Positions 18,519 to 28,705 of a stretch of DNA of 64,000 nucleotides are shown here, piece after piece. Under the pieces are notes generated by a model that was not told the DNA's origin, searched no databases, and saw nothing but the letters and a program-made list of their open reading frames with translations. Each line of letters opens with the position of its first letter. Within the stretch, counting starts at the first letter, position 1. Location of the stretch: positions 1-64,000 of the forward strand of contig CAWBBV010000004.1 of assembly GCA_963787125.1 (NCBI GenBank), in the 5' to 3' direction. This DNA comes from an uncultured delta proteobacterium (GTDB lineage Bacteria; Desulfobacterota; Desulfuromonadia; Geobacterales; DSM-12255). A program made the position numbers and the translations under genes.

Positions 18519-18989
18519 ATGGCCAATAACGATATCTTACGCACTATCCGGGAAGCGCTCAATCTCGACGATGTGACCATGATAAAGATATTCAAAGATG
18601 CCGGCCGAGAGTTCGGCCAATCAACAATCAGCGCGCTTTCAAAAACAGAGGCTGAAGACGATTATATTCCCTGCAGCAATCCTGTCATGGGTTTTTTCCT
18701 CGATGGCCTGATCATTCATAACCGGGGGCAACAGGAAGGCAGGCCGCTGCCGGCAGAAAAACCGCTCGCAGAGCTGACCAATAATGCCATCCTGAAAAAA
18801 CTGAGGATTGCCCTTGACTTGCAAGAGGATGACCTACTCGGGATTTTTAAACTGGCAGATATCACCCTGTCAAAACACGAAATAACTGCATTATTCAGAA
18901 AGCAGGGACACAAGCACTACAAAGAGTGCACCGGCCAGTTGCTGAGCGGCTTTATAAGTGGACTCGGCCTGCGCCATAAGGGTGATTAA
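18519..18989 (+). CDS. DUF1456 (YehS-like) protein
   Basis: NNDILR..., FLDGLIIHNRG, NNAILKKLRIAL, FRKQGHKHYKEC. Confidence 0.88.
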   Translation: MANNDILRTIREALNLDDVTMIKIFKDAGREFGQSTISALSKTEAEDDYIPCSNPVMGFFLDGLIIHNRGQQEGRPLPAEKPLAELTNNAILKKLRIALDLQEDDLLGIFKLADITLSKHEITALFRKQGHKHYKECTGQLLSGFISGLGLRHKGD

Positions 18990-19540
18990 ACTCCCGCGTC
19001 CCGGTCAGTAAATAATCACATCTTCTTCTCCAGCCAGTGGCACCAGTTCCCTGAGATCCAAAACGGAATATAACTGCCAGACACTGATTGAATCGTCTTC
19101 CCGGTCGTGACGTTGGAGAGTACCAGCGGCTTGGCGCTGCTCATGACGTTGCCCGCCACGCCGGCCCTGTTGAATATTTTAAAGCACCAGTCCGACTATG
19201 CGGTAACTGCAGTGGTGCTCTGTCGCCACAAATGACGCCCATGATTTGGTTCTGGTGTAGTTCACCCCTTTGTACTTACTGTTTGCTGCGACAAAAGCGG
19301 CTGAAATCCCGGTGAAAAATTCAAATCTCCTCTCTACAGTTACCCATCGTATCTTGCCTACCCTTCTTTTTCTTTGGATTGCCGCACCGGATTGAGCAGA
19401 GCCTCTGTATCTCTGCTTACCCTGGTGCGGGGAAGGGGCGCTTATATGAATTAATTACATTCATGTGATTGGCAACACATTATTACTTGTGGCCGCGAGG
19501 TAATATGAATAAAAACAAGCAGGCGAGAGAGGAGATTGTC

Positions 19541-19771
19541 ATGAAACCCGCACTGAACTCATTACTCGTTACCATGGTCAGCGTAAACCCGGCTTATGCC
19601 GCAATGAGTCTGGGCGAATTATTTTGCTGGCTTGGCTGGCTCTTCACAGGCTTAGCTGCTCTCATCATCAGTTGTCAATTGGTGCCCACGATCATTCTTT
19701 TCGCTGCCATGCTCAACGGGGTGCCAACTGCTGCCGTCAATACGCCCCGGGGGGAGGGACAGTCTATGTAG
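19541..19771 (+). CDS. small membrane protein
   Basis: GAGGAG RBS; signal-like AYA; hydrophobic segment with QLVP. Confidence 0.6.
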   Translation: MKPALNSLLVTMVSVNPAYAAMSLGELFCWLGWLFTGLAALIISCQLVPTIILFAAMLNGVPTAAVNTPRGEGQSM

Positions 19772-19811
19772 GTCGGCGAGCCCTGCTCCACACTCTCCTT
19801 TCGGCGGCACA

Positions 19812-22283
19812 TCAGAAGTTTACGACAAACTGTTCGAATTCAGCAGAAAGCAGCGGCTGGCTTATCACATACCCCTGGAGTTCATCACAGCCGCTCTTGC
19901 GGATAACTGACAATTGGTCTTCCGTTTCAACTCCGTTGGCGACGACTTTCATTTTCAGATTGTGTGACATGGCGATGACGGCATTGACCACCGCCAGATC
20001 ATCGGGTTCTGACAACATATTCTGAACAAAACTCTTATCAATCTTCACCTTGTTAGTCTGCATTCTTTTTATCCAGTGCAGGGATGAAGAGCCGCAGCCA
20101 AAATTATCTATGGCGAGGGTAACGCCCATCTCGGTTAACGTCTGCATACTACGGAGCGAAAAAGCAGTATCCGTCATGATGGTCTTCTCCGTGAGGTCAA
20201 ATTCCAGATGTTGCGGCTTCAGACCCGTTTCCGCCAGTATCCGGGCAGTCTTTTCAATGAGGTTTGCCTGATGGAACTGGCGATTGGAAAGATTGACCGA
20301 AACACTTAACGGATAGCCTTTCTCATTCCACGCCCGCGCCTGCTCGCAGGCGCTCCGGATTACCCACTCACCGATGGGGATGATGACTCCGCAATCTTCC
20401 GCTACCGCCAGGAATTGGTCGGGGGCCAACAGACCCTGTTCAGGATGCCGCCACCTAAGGAGAGCTTCGGCGCCGACAATAGTCCGTGTTTCGCTGCAGA
20501 CAAGGGGCTGGAACAGAAGTTCGAGTTCGCCCCTGCCCACTGCCTTGCGCAGGAACTCCTCCATCTTCTGGCGTTTAACAGTACGGGTGTTGATCTCGGT
20601 GTTATAGAACTGATAAGAGTTCCTGCCCGAACCTTTGGCATCGTACATGGCAATATCCGCTTTTTTCATCAGCTCTTCACTGGACTCGCCATCATCCGGA
20701 AACATACTGATGCCGATACTTGTGGTAGTGTCCACTGAGACATCATCCAGGATAAATGGTGTTTCAAAAACACTCATAATCTTACTGAGCACGATGCCCA
20801 CATCATCCGTCTGGATAAGATCCGGCATGAGCACCGTGAATTCATCTCCACCGAGACGGGCCACGGTGTCTGACACGCGGATACTGGCTCTGAGTCGCTG
20901 GGCCACTTCCTGCAGCAGGCGATCCCCACAGTTGTGCCCCAAGGTGTCATTAACCTGCTTGAAGCCGTTAAGGTCCAGAAACAAAAGAGCCAGTTTTTTT
21001 TCATTACGGCGGGCCTGGGCCATTTCCAGTGAAAGGAAATCCATAAAAAGCTGCCGGTTTGGCAAATCGGTGAGGGAGTCGTGGTGTGCCTGGTGCTTGA
21101 TGATCTCTTCCATCTGCCTCCGCTCTGTGACGTCACTGGCAATGACCGAGTTGCCGATTATTTTCCCATACACATCAAGTATCGGTGAGGATGTAAGTGA
21201 TACAAAGATCTGACTGCCGTCTTTTCTGACGCGCGCTGTTTCGAAATGGCGGACCTGTTCGCCGCTCTGGATCGCCTGCAGTAACCGGGACCTTTCAGCG
21301 TAGCGTTCTGGCGGTATAAGGGTAAAGATCTGGCTGCCGATGATTTCTTTGGCAGAATATCCGAAAATATTCTCCGCCCCTCTGTTCCAGCTGGTAATGG
21401 TGCCGTCCTGAGATATGCTGAAAATTGCATCATTCGAAGTCTCGACTATCATCGCCATTTTACCCCGTTCTTCCTCCATCTCCATCCGCTCGGTTACATC
21501 ATGGGATGTGCCGATTATTGACATGAGGTTGCCGCTTTCATCGAGAAGCACTTCTCCATGACCTTGAATCATGCGGATTGCGCCATTCGGGCGAACAATG
21601 CGGCAGTAGTGGCTGACAATCGGTTGACACTTCTTCAAGGCATTGCGAATGCCTTTTTTCACGATGGCACGATCTGCAGGATGGATTCTCAACAGAAATC
21701 CTTTATAGGATGCCGGCATTGACCCCGGTTCAATGCCAAAAATCCGATACAGCTCATCAGACCAGCTCGTTTTGCCGGTAACGACATTCCATTCCCAGCT
21801 CCCGAGATGGGTTATCTTCTGCGCCATGGCCAGCTGCTGTTCACGCTTGCGGATTTGCCGCTGCTGCTCGCTGACCAGCTGCTGCAGCCTGAGTTTACTG
21901 ATAACTTTATCGATCACCGCAAACAGATTTTCACTGACAATCGGCTTCAACACGTAATGACAGATGCCGGTCTCAATGGCATTCTGCAGGTAATAGGGAT
22001 TATTATGCGCGGTCACGGCGATAATGATCGCCTCTGCATCGAGCGCCTTTATCTCTTTGGCCATGGAGATACCGTCCATAACCGGCATCTCCATGTCGGT
22101 CATGACGATGTCCGGTCGTTGTTCCCGGTATACTTGCAAGCCGCTGGCGCCGTTTTCTGCGACAATAAGTTTCAGCTCCGGATATTTTTTAGTAATAATT
22201 ATGCCAAGCAGTTTGCGGGCAGATATGTCGTCCTCCACAAAAAGCAGCGTGTATCTGCGCATATCGCCTTGCAATGGTTCCAT
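19812..22283 (-). CDS. REC-PAS-PAS-GGDEF-EAL protein
   Basis: VEDD/DMEMP receiver, two PAS/PAC domains, RVSD I-site + GGDEF, EALLRW. Confidence 0.93.
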   Translation of the reverse strand: MEPLQGDMRRYTLLFVEDDISARKLLGIIITKKYPELKLIVAENGASGLQVYREQRPDIVMTDMEMPVMDGISMAKEIKALDAEAIIIAVTAHNNPYYLQNAIETGICHYVLKPIVSENLFAVIDKVISKLRLQQLVSEQQRQIRKREQQLAMAQKITHLGSWEWNVVTGKTSWSDELYRIFGIEPGSMPASYKGFLLRIHPADRAIVKKGIRNALKKCQPIVSHYCRIVRPNGAIRMIQGHGEVLLDESGNLMSIIGTSHDVTERMEMEEERGKMAMIVETSNDAIFSISQDGTITSWNRGAENIFGYSAKEIIGSQIFTLIPPERYAERSRLLQAIQSGEQVRHFETARVRKDGSQIFVSLTSSPILDVYGKIIGNSVIASDVTERRQMEEIIKHQAHHDSLTDLPNRQLFMDFLSLEMAQARRNEKKLALLFLDLNGFKQVNDTLGHNCGDRLLQEVAQRLRASIRVSDTVARLGGDEFTVLMPDLIQTDDVGIVLSKIMSVFETPFILDDVSVDTTTSIGISMFPDDGESSEELMKKADIAMYDAKGSGRNSYQFYNTEINTRTVKRQKMEEFLRKAVGRGELELLFQPLVCSETRTIVGAEALLRWRHPEQGLLAPDQFLAVAEDCGVIIPIGEWVIRSACEQARAWNEKGYPLSVSVNLSNRQFHQANLIEKTARILAETGLKPQHLEFDLTEKTIMTDTAFSLRSMQTLTEMGVTLAIDNFGCGSSSLHWIKRMQTNKVKIDKSFVQNMLSEPDDLAVVNAVIAMSHNLKMKVVANGVETEDQLSVIRKSGCDELQGYVISQPLLSAEFEQFVVNF

Positions 22284-22444
22284 GTAACCCTCGCTGCTGA
22301 ATTTTGTGCTGATCACCGTTTGCGCTGAAATACTGCAAATATCTGCTGCGGTTTTAGTCAGCACCTATTCTGTTTGGAAGCGCCCCGGGTTATGACTGTT
22401 TGACTTCGCGTGACCTGCTATTATTGGTATAGCTTAAGGAGGTA

Positions 22445-22460
22445 AGCACATAGCATGCCT
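22445..22460 (-). promoter_or_regulatory. putative sigma-54 promoter
   Basis: Minus strand AGGCATGCTATGTGCT: GG-N10-GC, oriented toward the GGDEF-EAL gene. Confidence 0.5.
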
Positions 22461-22621
22461 ATCGCTATCTCTCTGAGATTACGCGTGATTTAAGGAGGAA
22501 TTGGTTGTGAAGTCTGCTTGGGCCGGTGAAGTTGTAAATAATTTCGACGGTCGGGGGAGAAAAAAATACATGCAGCGGCTGAACGGGTCGACTACTTTTT
22601 TTGTCTGCAAAGCTGCGCCGG

Positions 22622-22855
22622 TCAGCGTTTTCCGGGAGTCGGCTTGCGCTGCAGATTGCCGCTCAAGAGGAGTTTACAGACCACTTCCAGACCTTTGTCC
22701 TTATTGGCTATCCACCAGTCGGCACTTGTCTCCCGGGTGACAAATGCTTCAATGGCTGTAAAAACCTCCGGAGAGGTTTCCTGCCAGACTTTCAGCCGGT
22801 TCACCCTGATCTTTTCCGCCCAGGCAACCAGTTTGGGTGCTCCTGTCAGTTTCAT
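22622..22855 (-). CDS. hypothetical protein
   Basis: 77 aa; LTGAPKLVAWAEKIR...SADWWI; ATGA overlap with the LysR stop; AAGGAG RBS. Confidence 0.7.
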   Translation of the reverse strand: MKLTGAPKLVAWAEKIRVNRLKVWQETSPEVFTAIEAFVTRETSADWWIANKDKGLEVVCKLLLSGNLQRKPTPGKR

Positions 22856-23769
22856 GACTGCTCCTTTTCAGATACGCCCGCATAGATTTCTTGCATGGCA
22901 ACGACAAAGGCTTTTGCTGCCGGTGACAGCGCCCGTCCGGACCTTGTTGCCAGATAGAAATGCCGGATAATTTCCAAATCTTCCAGCTCGATAGCTATCA
23001 GCTCGCCGCGCTTAAGCTCCTGTCTAACGGAGAGCTCGGAAATAAAAGAGCTGCCAAGCCGCCCTATAACCGCCTGCTTGATCGATTCGTTGCTGCCAAG
23101 AACCGCTTTTATCTTCAGTCTGCGCCCGGCGATGCCGGCTTTTTCCAGAGCTTCCAGAACTGATTTGCCGGTACCTGAACCCGATTCACGGAAGATCAGC
23201 GGTTCGGTGGTCAGCTCGTTGACCGGGACAGCTTTTCGCTTGCCCCAGGGATGATCGCGGGCTGTTACCAGCCGGATCAGATCCTGGCCCAGCGGCAGGT
23301 ATTCGACCCCTTTCAGCTCAAAGCGGCTGCCGACTACACCAAGTTCAACCTCTTCGTTCAGAAGCTTGTCAAGGATGCCGCGACTGTCACCCTGGCAAAC
23401 AGTCAGCGTTATTCCGGGGAATCGCTTAAGAAGCTGTGGCAAGGCTGTCGGTATCATGTAATCAGCCGGGATGTTGCTTCCGCCGACTTTCAGTTCCGCC
23501 ACCTCAGCTCCCTTGAAACGCTGCATTGCCAACTCCGTGGCATGGATGTCAGCAACTATTCGTCCGGCATGCTGAGCCAAAAGCTTGCCCGCTTCGGTGA
23601 GCAGGGCTCCTTTACTGGTCCGGTCGAGGAGCTGCAGAGCATATTCACGCTCAAGAGCGTGGATGTGCTGACTGACAGTTGACTGGGTAATAAAAGTCGC
23701 TTCTGCACCTTTGGAAAAACTGCCCGTCCTGGCAACGGCAAGGAAAACCTCAAGCTGCTTGATATTCAT
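22852..23769 (-). CDS. LysR family regulator (CysL-like)
   Basis: GSFSKGAEATFITQSTVSQHI HTH; RESGSGTG. Confidence 0.92.
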   Translation of the reverse strand: MNIKQLEVFLAVARTGSFSKGAEATFITQSTVSQHIHALEREYALQLLDRTSKGALLTEAGKLLAQHAGRIVADIHATELAMQRFKGAEVAELKVGGSNIPADYMIPTALPQLLKRFPGITLTVCQGDSRGILDKLLNEEVELGVVGSRFELKGVEYLPLGQDLIRLVTARDHPWGKRKAVPVNELTTEPLIFRESGSGTGKSVLEALEKAGIAGRRLKIKAVLGSNESIKQAVIGRLGSSFISELSVRQELKRGELIAIELEDLEIIRHFYLATRSGRALSPAAKAFVVAMQEIYAGVSEKEQS

Positions 23770-23830
23770 GGCACTCCATCAATGAAAACTATGGCGATAA
23801 AGCCTGGCGCAGTGATAAGGGGAATGAGCG

Positions 23831-24553
23831 TCAATTACCGGCAGCGACATAGGCGCTTAGTTCACTTTTCCGCAAAAAAGGCATCCCCTGCCCGGTAATT
23901 TCCAGAAATTCGATGCCGACGCCGGGTGGAAGCCCCGCTTTGCCGGATAGAGACCCCCTGCTCACCCATGAAACTTTTCCCCGGGCTTCTGTTGGCGTGT
24001 CACACCCCGGAAGGACAAATGAGATTTGCAGCTCCTCTCCTGCCGTGAGAAAGAAGTCGGTTGCCACATAAATACCGCCCAGACTGATATCTTCGCTCAT
24101 CACCTGATGAACAGCTCCGCTACAGGTAAGACGCACTTCTGTGCGACAGATCACCCTGGAACAGCGCCGTTCAATGGCTGGCAGATATTTCTTTATCGTG
24201 CTCAGGAAGAGTTTGCCGTCAATCGGCTTGGCAAGATAATCGTTACAGCCGATGCTGGTGTACTCCTCAACATCTTCCGGTCTGGCGGCATTGCTGACCA
24301 TTATTACCGGAATGTGCTGCAACAGCGGATCGGCCTTGATGGCTGCGCAGCAGGCTGTGCCGTCCATTTTCGGCATATACTTGTCCATTATGATCAGATC
24401 CGGACGTTCGCGGCGGACGATTTCCAACGCCTCTACGCCATCGCCGGCGGTCAGAATCTGCAGACAGGAAGAAGCGAGGAATTTCTTCTGCAGTTCAAGG
24501 AGAAGCTTTACATCATCAACAAGAAGGATCTTCTGCATGGCTGTTAATTCCAT
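23831..24553 (-). CDS. response regulator with PilZ domain
   Basis: LLVDD, DKYMP, KP; RRCSR and DISLGG PilZ motifs. Confidence 0.88.
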   Translation of the reverse strand: MELTAMQKILLVDDVKLLLELQKKFLASSCLQILTAGDGVEALEIVRRERPDLIIMDKYMPKMDGTACCAAIKADPLLQHIPVIMVSNAARPEDVEEYTSIGCNDYLAKPIDGKLFLSTIKKYLPAIERRCSRVICRTEVRLTCSGAVHQVMSEDISLGGIYVATDFFLTAGEELQISFVLPGCDTPTEARGKVSWVSRGSLSGKAGLPPGVGIEFLEITGQGMPFLRKSELSAYVAAGN

Positions 24554-24692
24554 TATATATAGCAAAGGTAGACGCTTGAGAACAAGCAGGGCGTGAATCT
24601 GCGGCGCAAACTATATCAGCCGTTAAGAGTACCTGTCAAATGCAATGCGGTAAATCTCTTAGCTGAACTCCTGCTGATCCCGGGGAGACGCT

Positions 24693-24920
24693 CTACCCCC
24701 TGAGGGGTGCGAACAGATATTCCAGGCCGTTGACCTTGATTTCGTAGACCGCCCGGAGCATCTCTCCCAGCTTTCCTGGCGGAAAGCCTTGCTGAGCGAA
24801 CCAGACTACATAAGGTTCGGGGAGGTCGATCAACCTCCTGCCGGTATATTTGCCAAAGGGCATCCGCATAGCGGCCAACTCCAGAAGAGCCTGATGATTG
24901 AAAGTGAGGGTCTCTGCCAT
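24693..24920 (-). CDS. DUF3820 family protein
   Basis: MPFGKY.GR.LIDLPEPYVVWF...GFPPGKLG. Confidence 0.85.
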   Translation of the reverse strand: MAETLTFNHQALLELAAMRMPFGKYTGRRLIDLPEPYVVWFAQQGFPPGKLGEMLRAVYEIKVNGLEYLFAPLRG

Positions 24921-24922
24921 TG

Positions 24923-25636
24923 TCAACGGTTCTCTTTGATCAGAACATAGGTGGCGAAATGCAGATCGGTATTCTGCTTGTACCCCTTGTAGAAGCGGGC
25001 AGCGATGGCGTTGATGAGTGGGTCAGTGAGACCGTTCAAAAAAGCGTAGCTGACATTATCCTGCAGATGATGGACTGCATGATGACGTTTAGAGAGAAGG
25101 ATACGGCAGTTGCCAAGGAACATGGCAAAGGGGGAGACGGAGTTGTGGCAAAGGTAATGGGATACTTCGGCAACGGAGGAGAGGATGCCGGTGTAGACAA
25201 GAACATGCAGGAGGGGCGGATTTAGCCAGTCAGCCCGGGTTAACAGGGCAATCGCGCCAAGAAATGGGGCCAGCCAGATCTTGAAACCTGACTCGACTAA
25301 GTAGACCACCGGCAGACTATGCGGTGTATAGCGGGGTATCTTGTGATGGAGGTGAAAATTGGCGATCAGGGGTCCGGCCGGTGAATCATAACGATCGTTG
25401 TTGTCCATGTACATGTGCACCAGGCCGTTGATAAAGTCGGCCAGCAGCCAGGCAATAACAAGAGCAACAATCTGACCACCGGCTCCGATGGCTAATGGCC
25501 AGATTTGCCGGAGCAGCCAGACCTGCAGGGAGACATTGGCTATGGAGATAACGGTGTTGAATACCCGGTAGCCTTTCCCAGTGCCATAAAGCTCCATGGC
25601 GCGGTTGAACTGCCGCTGTTTGTCCGCAAGGTCCAA
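24923..25636 (-). CDS. CarF/TMEM189/FAD4-like lipid desaturase
   Basis: ADFINGLVHMYMD, FHLHH, HYLCH, HHAVHH His boxes with TM segments; start codon uncertain. Confidence 0.8.
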   Translation of the reverse strand: MDLADKQRQFNRAMELYGTGKGYRVFNTVISIANVSLQVWLLRQIWPLAIGAGGQIVALVIAWLLADFINGLVHMYMDNNDRYDSPAGPLIANFHLHHKIPRYTPHSLPVVYLVESGFKIWLAPFLGAIALLTRADWLNPPLLHVLVYTGILSSVAEVSHYLCHNSVSPFAMFLGNCRILLSKRHHAVHHLQDNVSYAFLNGLTDPLINAIAARFYKGYKQNTDLHFATYVLIKENR

Positions 25637-25638
25637 AA

Positions 25639-26136
25639 TTATTCCCCCAGGGACTGCTCTTCGTAAGTCACGCCGCGGTGGCGGATCGTCAAGCCGTTCA
25701 GAAAGCTGCGCAGAAACTGGTCGCCGCACTCCTTGTAGTTTTTATGGCCTCTGGCGCGAAAGAGCGCCCCCAGCTCGGATTTGGTGACAGTGACGCCGGC
25801 CTGTCCCATGACGGCGGTCATATCATCGTCCTTCATCTCCAGAGCGATGCGCAGTTTGCGCAGAATGATGTTGTTGGTCCGCTCTGTGCCCGGCCTCGCT
25901 GTTTCAAGAGGGGTTCCTTCCCGGGCCCCTCTTTTGAGGGTGATCAGTCCTTCGAAAAAATCTTCCAGCAAACTGTTGCTGCAATCAGAGTAACCTTCTT
26001 CTGTTTCCTTTTTCAGCAGGGACAACAGCTGTTCCTGACCGATCTCATGGCCGCCGAGGCGGAAGATTTCCAGCATCTTCGGGTTGCTGATGTCGAGGGC
26101 ATAGCGGAAGCGGCGTAATATATCGTTATTGGTCAC
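25639..26136 (-). CDS. DUF1456 (YehS-like) protein, second paralog
   Basis: NNDILRRFRYAL, NNIILRKLRIAL, HKNYKECGDQFLRSFLNGL. Confidence 0.9.
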   Translation of the reverse strand: MTNNDILRRFRYALDISNPKMLEIFRLGGHEIGQEQLLSLLKKETEEGYSDCSNSLLEDFFEGLITLKRGAREGTPLETARPGTERTNNIILRKLRIALEMKDDDMTAVMGQAGVTVTKSELGALFRARGHKNYKECGDQFLRSFLNGLTIRHRGVTYEEQSLGE

Positions 26137-26363
26137 AGGGTTCCCTTTTTAGTGCTCCTGATTGCGGTCTAAATCTGTAGTCGGAGTCACTGCCCAGTCA
26201 ACGGCAACGTGAAGCGACCGAAAGTTGCAATATAATCCAAGCAGTATCAAAGTTCCAGCGGATACAGAGTAGTGGCCGGGAAATAGTCAACTTTCAAAAG
26301 AATCGGTGAAAATTTGGTATACTATTCCCGGAAGCTATCGACAGGAATAAGGAGGAACAAACC

Positions 26364-26978
26364 ATGTGCAAGATCGTGATAGTCCATTACAGTATGTACG
26401 GCCACATTTACAAAATGGCTGAAGCCGTGGCTGCGGGAGTGAATGAGGTGGCCGGCTGCGAAGCGGTTATCAAGCGTGTTCCGGAAACCCTTGCCGACGA
26501 GGTACTGGGAATGATGGGGGCACTGGACGCCCAGAAAGGGATGGCGCATATTCCGGTTGCCACAGTGGATGATCTGGCCGGAGCAGATGCGATTATCTTC
26601 GGCACACCAACCCGCTTCGGCAATATGTGCGGCCAGATGCGCCAGTTCCTCGATGCAACCGGCGGGCTCTGGCTGAAGGGGGCGTTGGTCGGCAAAGTCG
26701 GCAGTGTTTTTGCCAGCTCCGCCACCCAGCATGGTGGCCAGGAATCGACGATCCTCAGTTTTCACACTACCCTTTTGCACCACGGCATGGTGGTGGTCGG
26801 GCTCCCCTACGCCTTTGCCGGGCAGATGGGCGTTACTGAAATCACCGGCGGCTCACCCTATGGCGCATCAACCATCACCGGCGGTCAGGGGGAGAGGATG
26901 CCCAGTGAAAACGAGCTCGCCGGCGCCCGTTTTCAGGGTGCCCATGTGGCGCGTATCGCCTTGAAACTGAAAGGCTAG
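26364..26978 (+). CDS. wrbA: NAD(P)H:quinone oxidoreductase
   Basis: [29 protein letters not shown]. Confidence 0.95.
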   Translation: MCKIVIVHYSMYGHIYKMAEAVAAGVNEVAGCEAVIKRVPETLADEVLGMMGALDAQKGMAHIPVATVDDLAGADAIIFGTPTRFGNMCGQMRQFLDATGGLWLKGALVGKVGSVFASSATQHGGQESTILSFHTTLLHHGMVVVGLPYAFAGQMGVTEITGGSPYGASTITGGQGERMPSENELAGARFQGAHVARIALKLKG

Positions 26979-26993
26979 CTTGCGCTGCCGACG

Positions 26994-28523
26994 TCAGGGC
27001 CCCTTGCGATCCAGGCTCCGGTACTGAATCGCCTCGGCAAGATGCTGTTCCTTGATGGACTCGCTGCCGGCCAGATCGGCGATGGTGCGGGAGACTTTGA
27101 GGATGCGGTTGTAGGAGCGGGCGGAGAGACCGAGGCGATCGGTTACCAGTTCGAGGAGGCGATTACCGGCGGCGTCCAGTTCGCAGTGTTTGCGGATCAG
27201 CCTGGGCGTCATCTGGGCGTTTGAATGAATCTTCGTCCCTTTAAAGCGCTCCCGTTGCACTTCCCGGGAAGTTTCGACCCGTTCGGCAATGGCGACGGAG
27301 CTTTCGCTGTCGGTTTTATCGGCAAGATCACGATACTTGACTGCAGGAACTTCGATATGGATATCGATTCTGTCCATGAGCGGCCCGGAGATGCGGGAGC
27401 GGTAGCGATGGACGTCCCGGGGCGAGCAGGAGCAGGCGTGGGTCGGATCCCCCAGATAGCCGCAGGGACAGGGGTTGAGAGCAGAGACGAGCATGACCCG
27501 TGCCGGGTAGGTGATAGAGGCAAGGGCACGGGAGATGGTGACTCTGCCGTCCTCGAGTGGTTGGCGGAGGACTTCGAGGACATGTTTTTTAAATTCGGGA
27601 AGTTCATCCAAAAAAAGAACCCCATTATGCGCCAATGAGACCTCTCCCGGCTTGGGAGTGTTGCCGCCACCGATCAGGCCGACATCGGAGATTGTGTGAT
27701 GAGGTGAACGAAAAGGTCTCTGGGCGATGAGCGCCCGTTCCCGATCAAGAAGCCCCATGATACTGTAAATCTTGGTGGTTTCGATCGCCTCGGCAAAGGA
27801 CATGCGCGGCAATATTGTCGGCAGCCGCCGGGCAAGCATCGTCTTGCCTGAGCCGGGAGGTCCCAGCATCAAGAGATTATGTGCCCCGGCGGCAGCTACT
27901 TCCAGTGCCCTTTTGGCGTGCTCCTGGCCGCGAACTTCGGAGAAATCCTCGTGATACTCTGATTCCTGCCTGAAAAGATGGTGGATGTCTACCTGGTGCG
28001 GCGCTATAACTATCTCGCCATTCAAGAAACCGACAACCTGGGCAAGTTCTGAGACGCCGATGACAGCAACGCCCTCTACAACAGCTCCTTCGTTGACATT
28101 CTCAAGCGGGACGATAATCCCTTTAAGCTTTTCGGCCTTTGCAGCCACCGCAACCGGCAGGGAGCCGCGCACCCCCTTGATGGAACCGTCAAGAGAGAGT
28201 TCGCCGATTATCAGATAGTCTGCCAGCATGGTTTTATTTACTATGCCGGTGGCTGCCAGGACGCCGATCGCCATCGGCAGGTCAAATGATGTCCCCTCTT
28301 TCTTCAGATCGGCAGGGGCAAGATTGACGGTGATCCGTTTTTGCGGAAATTCGTAGCCGGAGTTTTTAAGCGCTGCCTTGACGCGATCCTTACTCTCCTT
28401 GACCGCGCCGTCCGGCAGGCCGACCGTGGAAAACTGCGGCAGTCCGGGGGCGATATCCACCTCGACCTGGACTGTTACGGCATCAATGCCGAGAAGAGCC
28501 GAACTGAGAACTTTTGCAAGCAT
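26994..28523 (-). CDS. comM: YifB/ComM Mg-chelatase-like AAA ATPase
   Basis: [43 protein letters not shown]. Confidence 0.92.
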   Translation of the reverse strand: MLAKVLSSALLGIDAVTVQVEVDIAPGLPQFSTVGLPDGAVKESKDRVKAALKNSGYEFPQKRITVNLAPADLKKEGTSFDLPMAIGVLAATGIVNKTMLADYLIIGELSLDGSIKGVRGSLPVAVAAKAEKLKGIIVPLENVNEGAVVEGVAVIGVSELAQVVGFLNGEIVIAPHQVDIHHLFRQESEYHEDFSEVRGQEHAKRALEVAAAGAHNLLMLGPPGSGKTMLARRLPTILPRMSFAEAIETTKIYSIMGLLDRERALIAQRPFRSPHHTISDVGLIGGGNTPKPGEVSLAHNGVLFLDELPEFKKHVLEVLRQPLEDGRVTISRALASITYPARVMLVSALNPCPCGYLGDPTHACSCSPRDVHRYRSRISGPLMDRIDIHIEVPAVKYRDLADKTDSESSVAIAERVETSREVQRERFKGTKIHSNAQMTPRLIRKHCELDAAGNRLLELVTDRLGLSARSYNRILKVSRTIADLAGSESIKEQHLAEAIQYRSLDRKGP

Positions 28524-28551
28524 AAATAACCTCGGGTAATGGGGTATGGCG

Positions 28552-28598
28552 CTTCGACTCCGCTCAGCGAGAAGCCTGTTCCCTGAGCGGAGTCGAAG
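28552..28598. repeat. REP-like palindrome
   Basis: Perfect 16-bp arms CTTCGACTCCGCTCAG / CTGAGCGGAGTCGAAG. Confidence 0.85.
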
Positions 28599-28705
28599 GG
28601 AACTTTCTCAGAAGCGTTATCTTTTTTTGCACGGCTACAGCGCCTTTGTCAATGATTCTAACAACGTAAAGAACAAAAGCATTGGCCTTGCGAGTGAAGC
28701 CGGAT

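Noticed and set aside
19000..19460. possible gene remnant or RNA in a long intergenic gap
   Set aside because: No motif, RBS-supported ORF or convincing structure that I can defend
19469..19490. possible sigma-54 promoter TTGGCAAC upstream of the small membrane protein
   Set aside because: No GC at the -12 position
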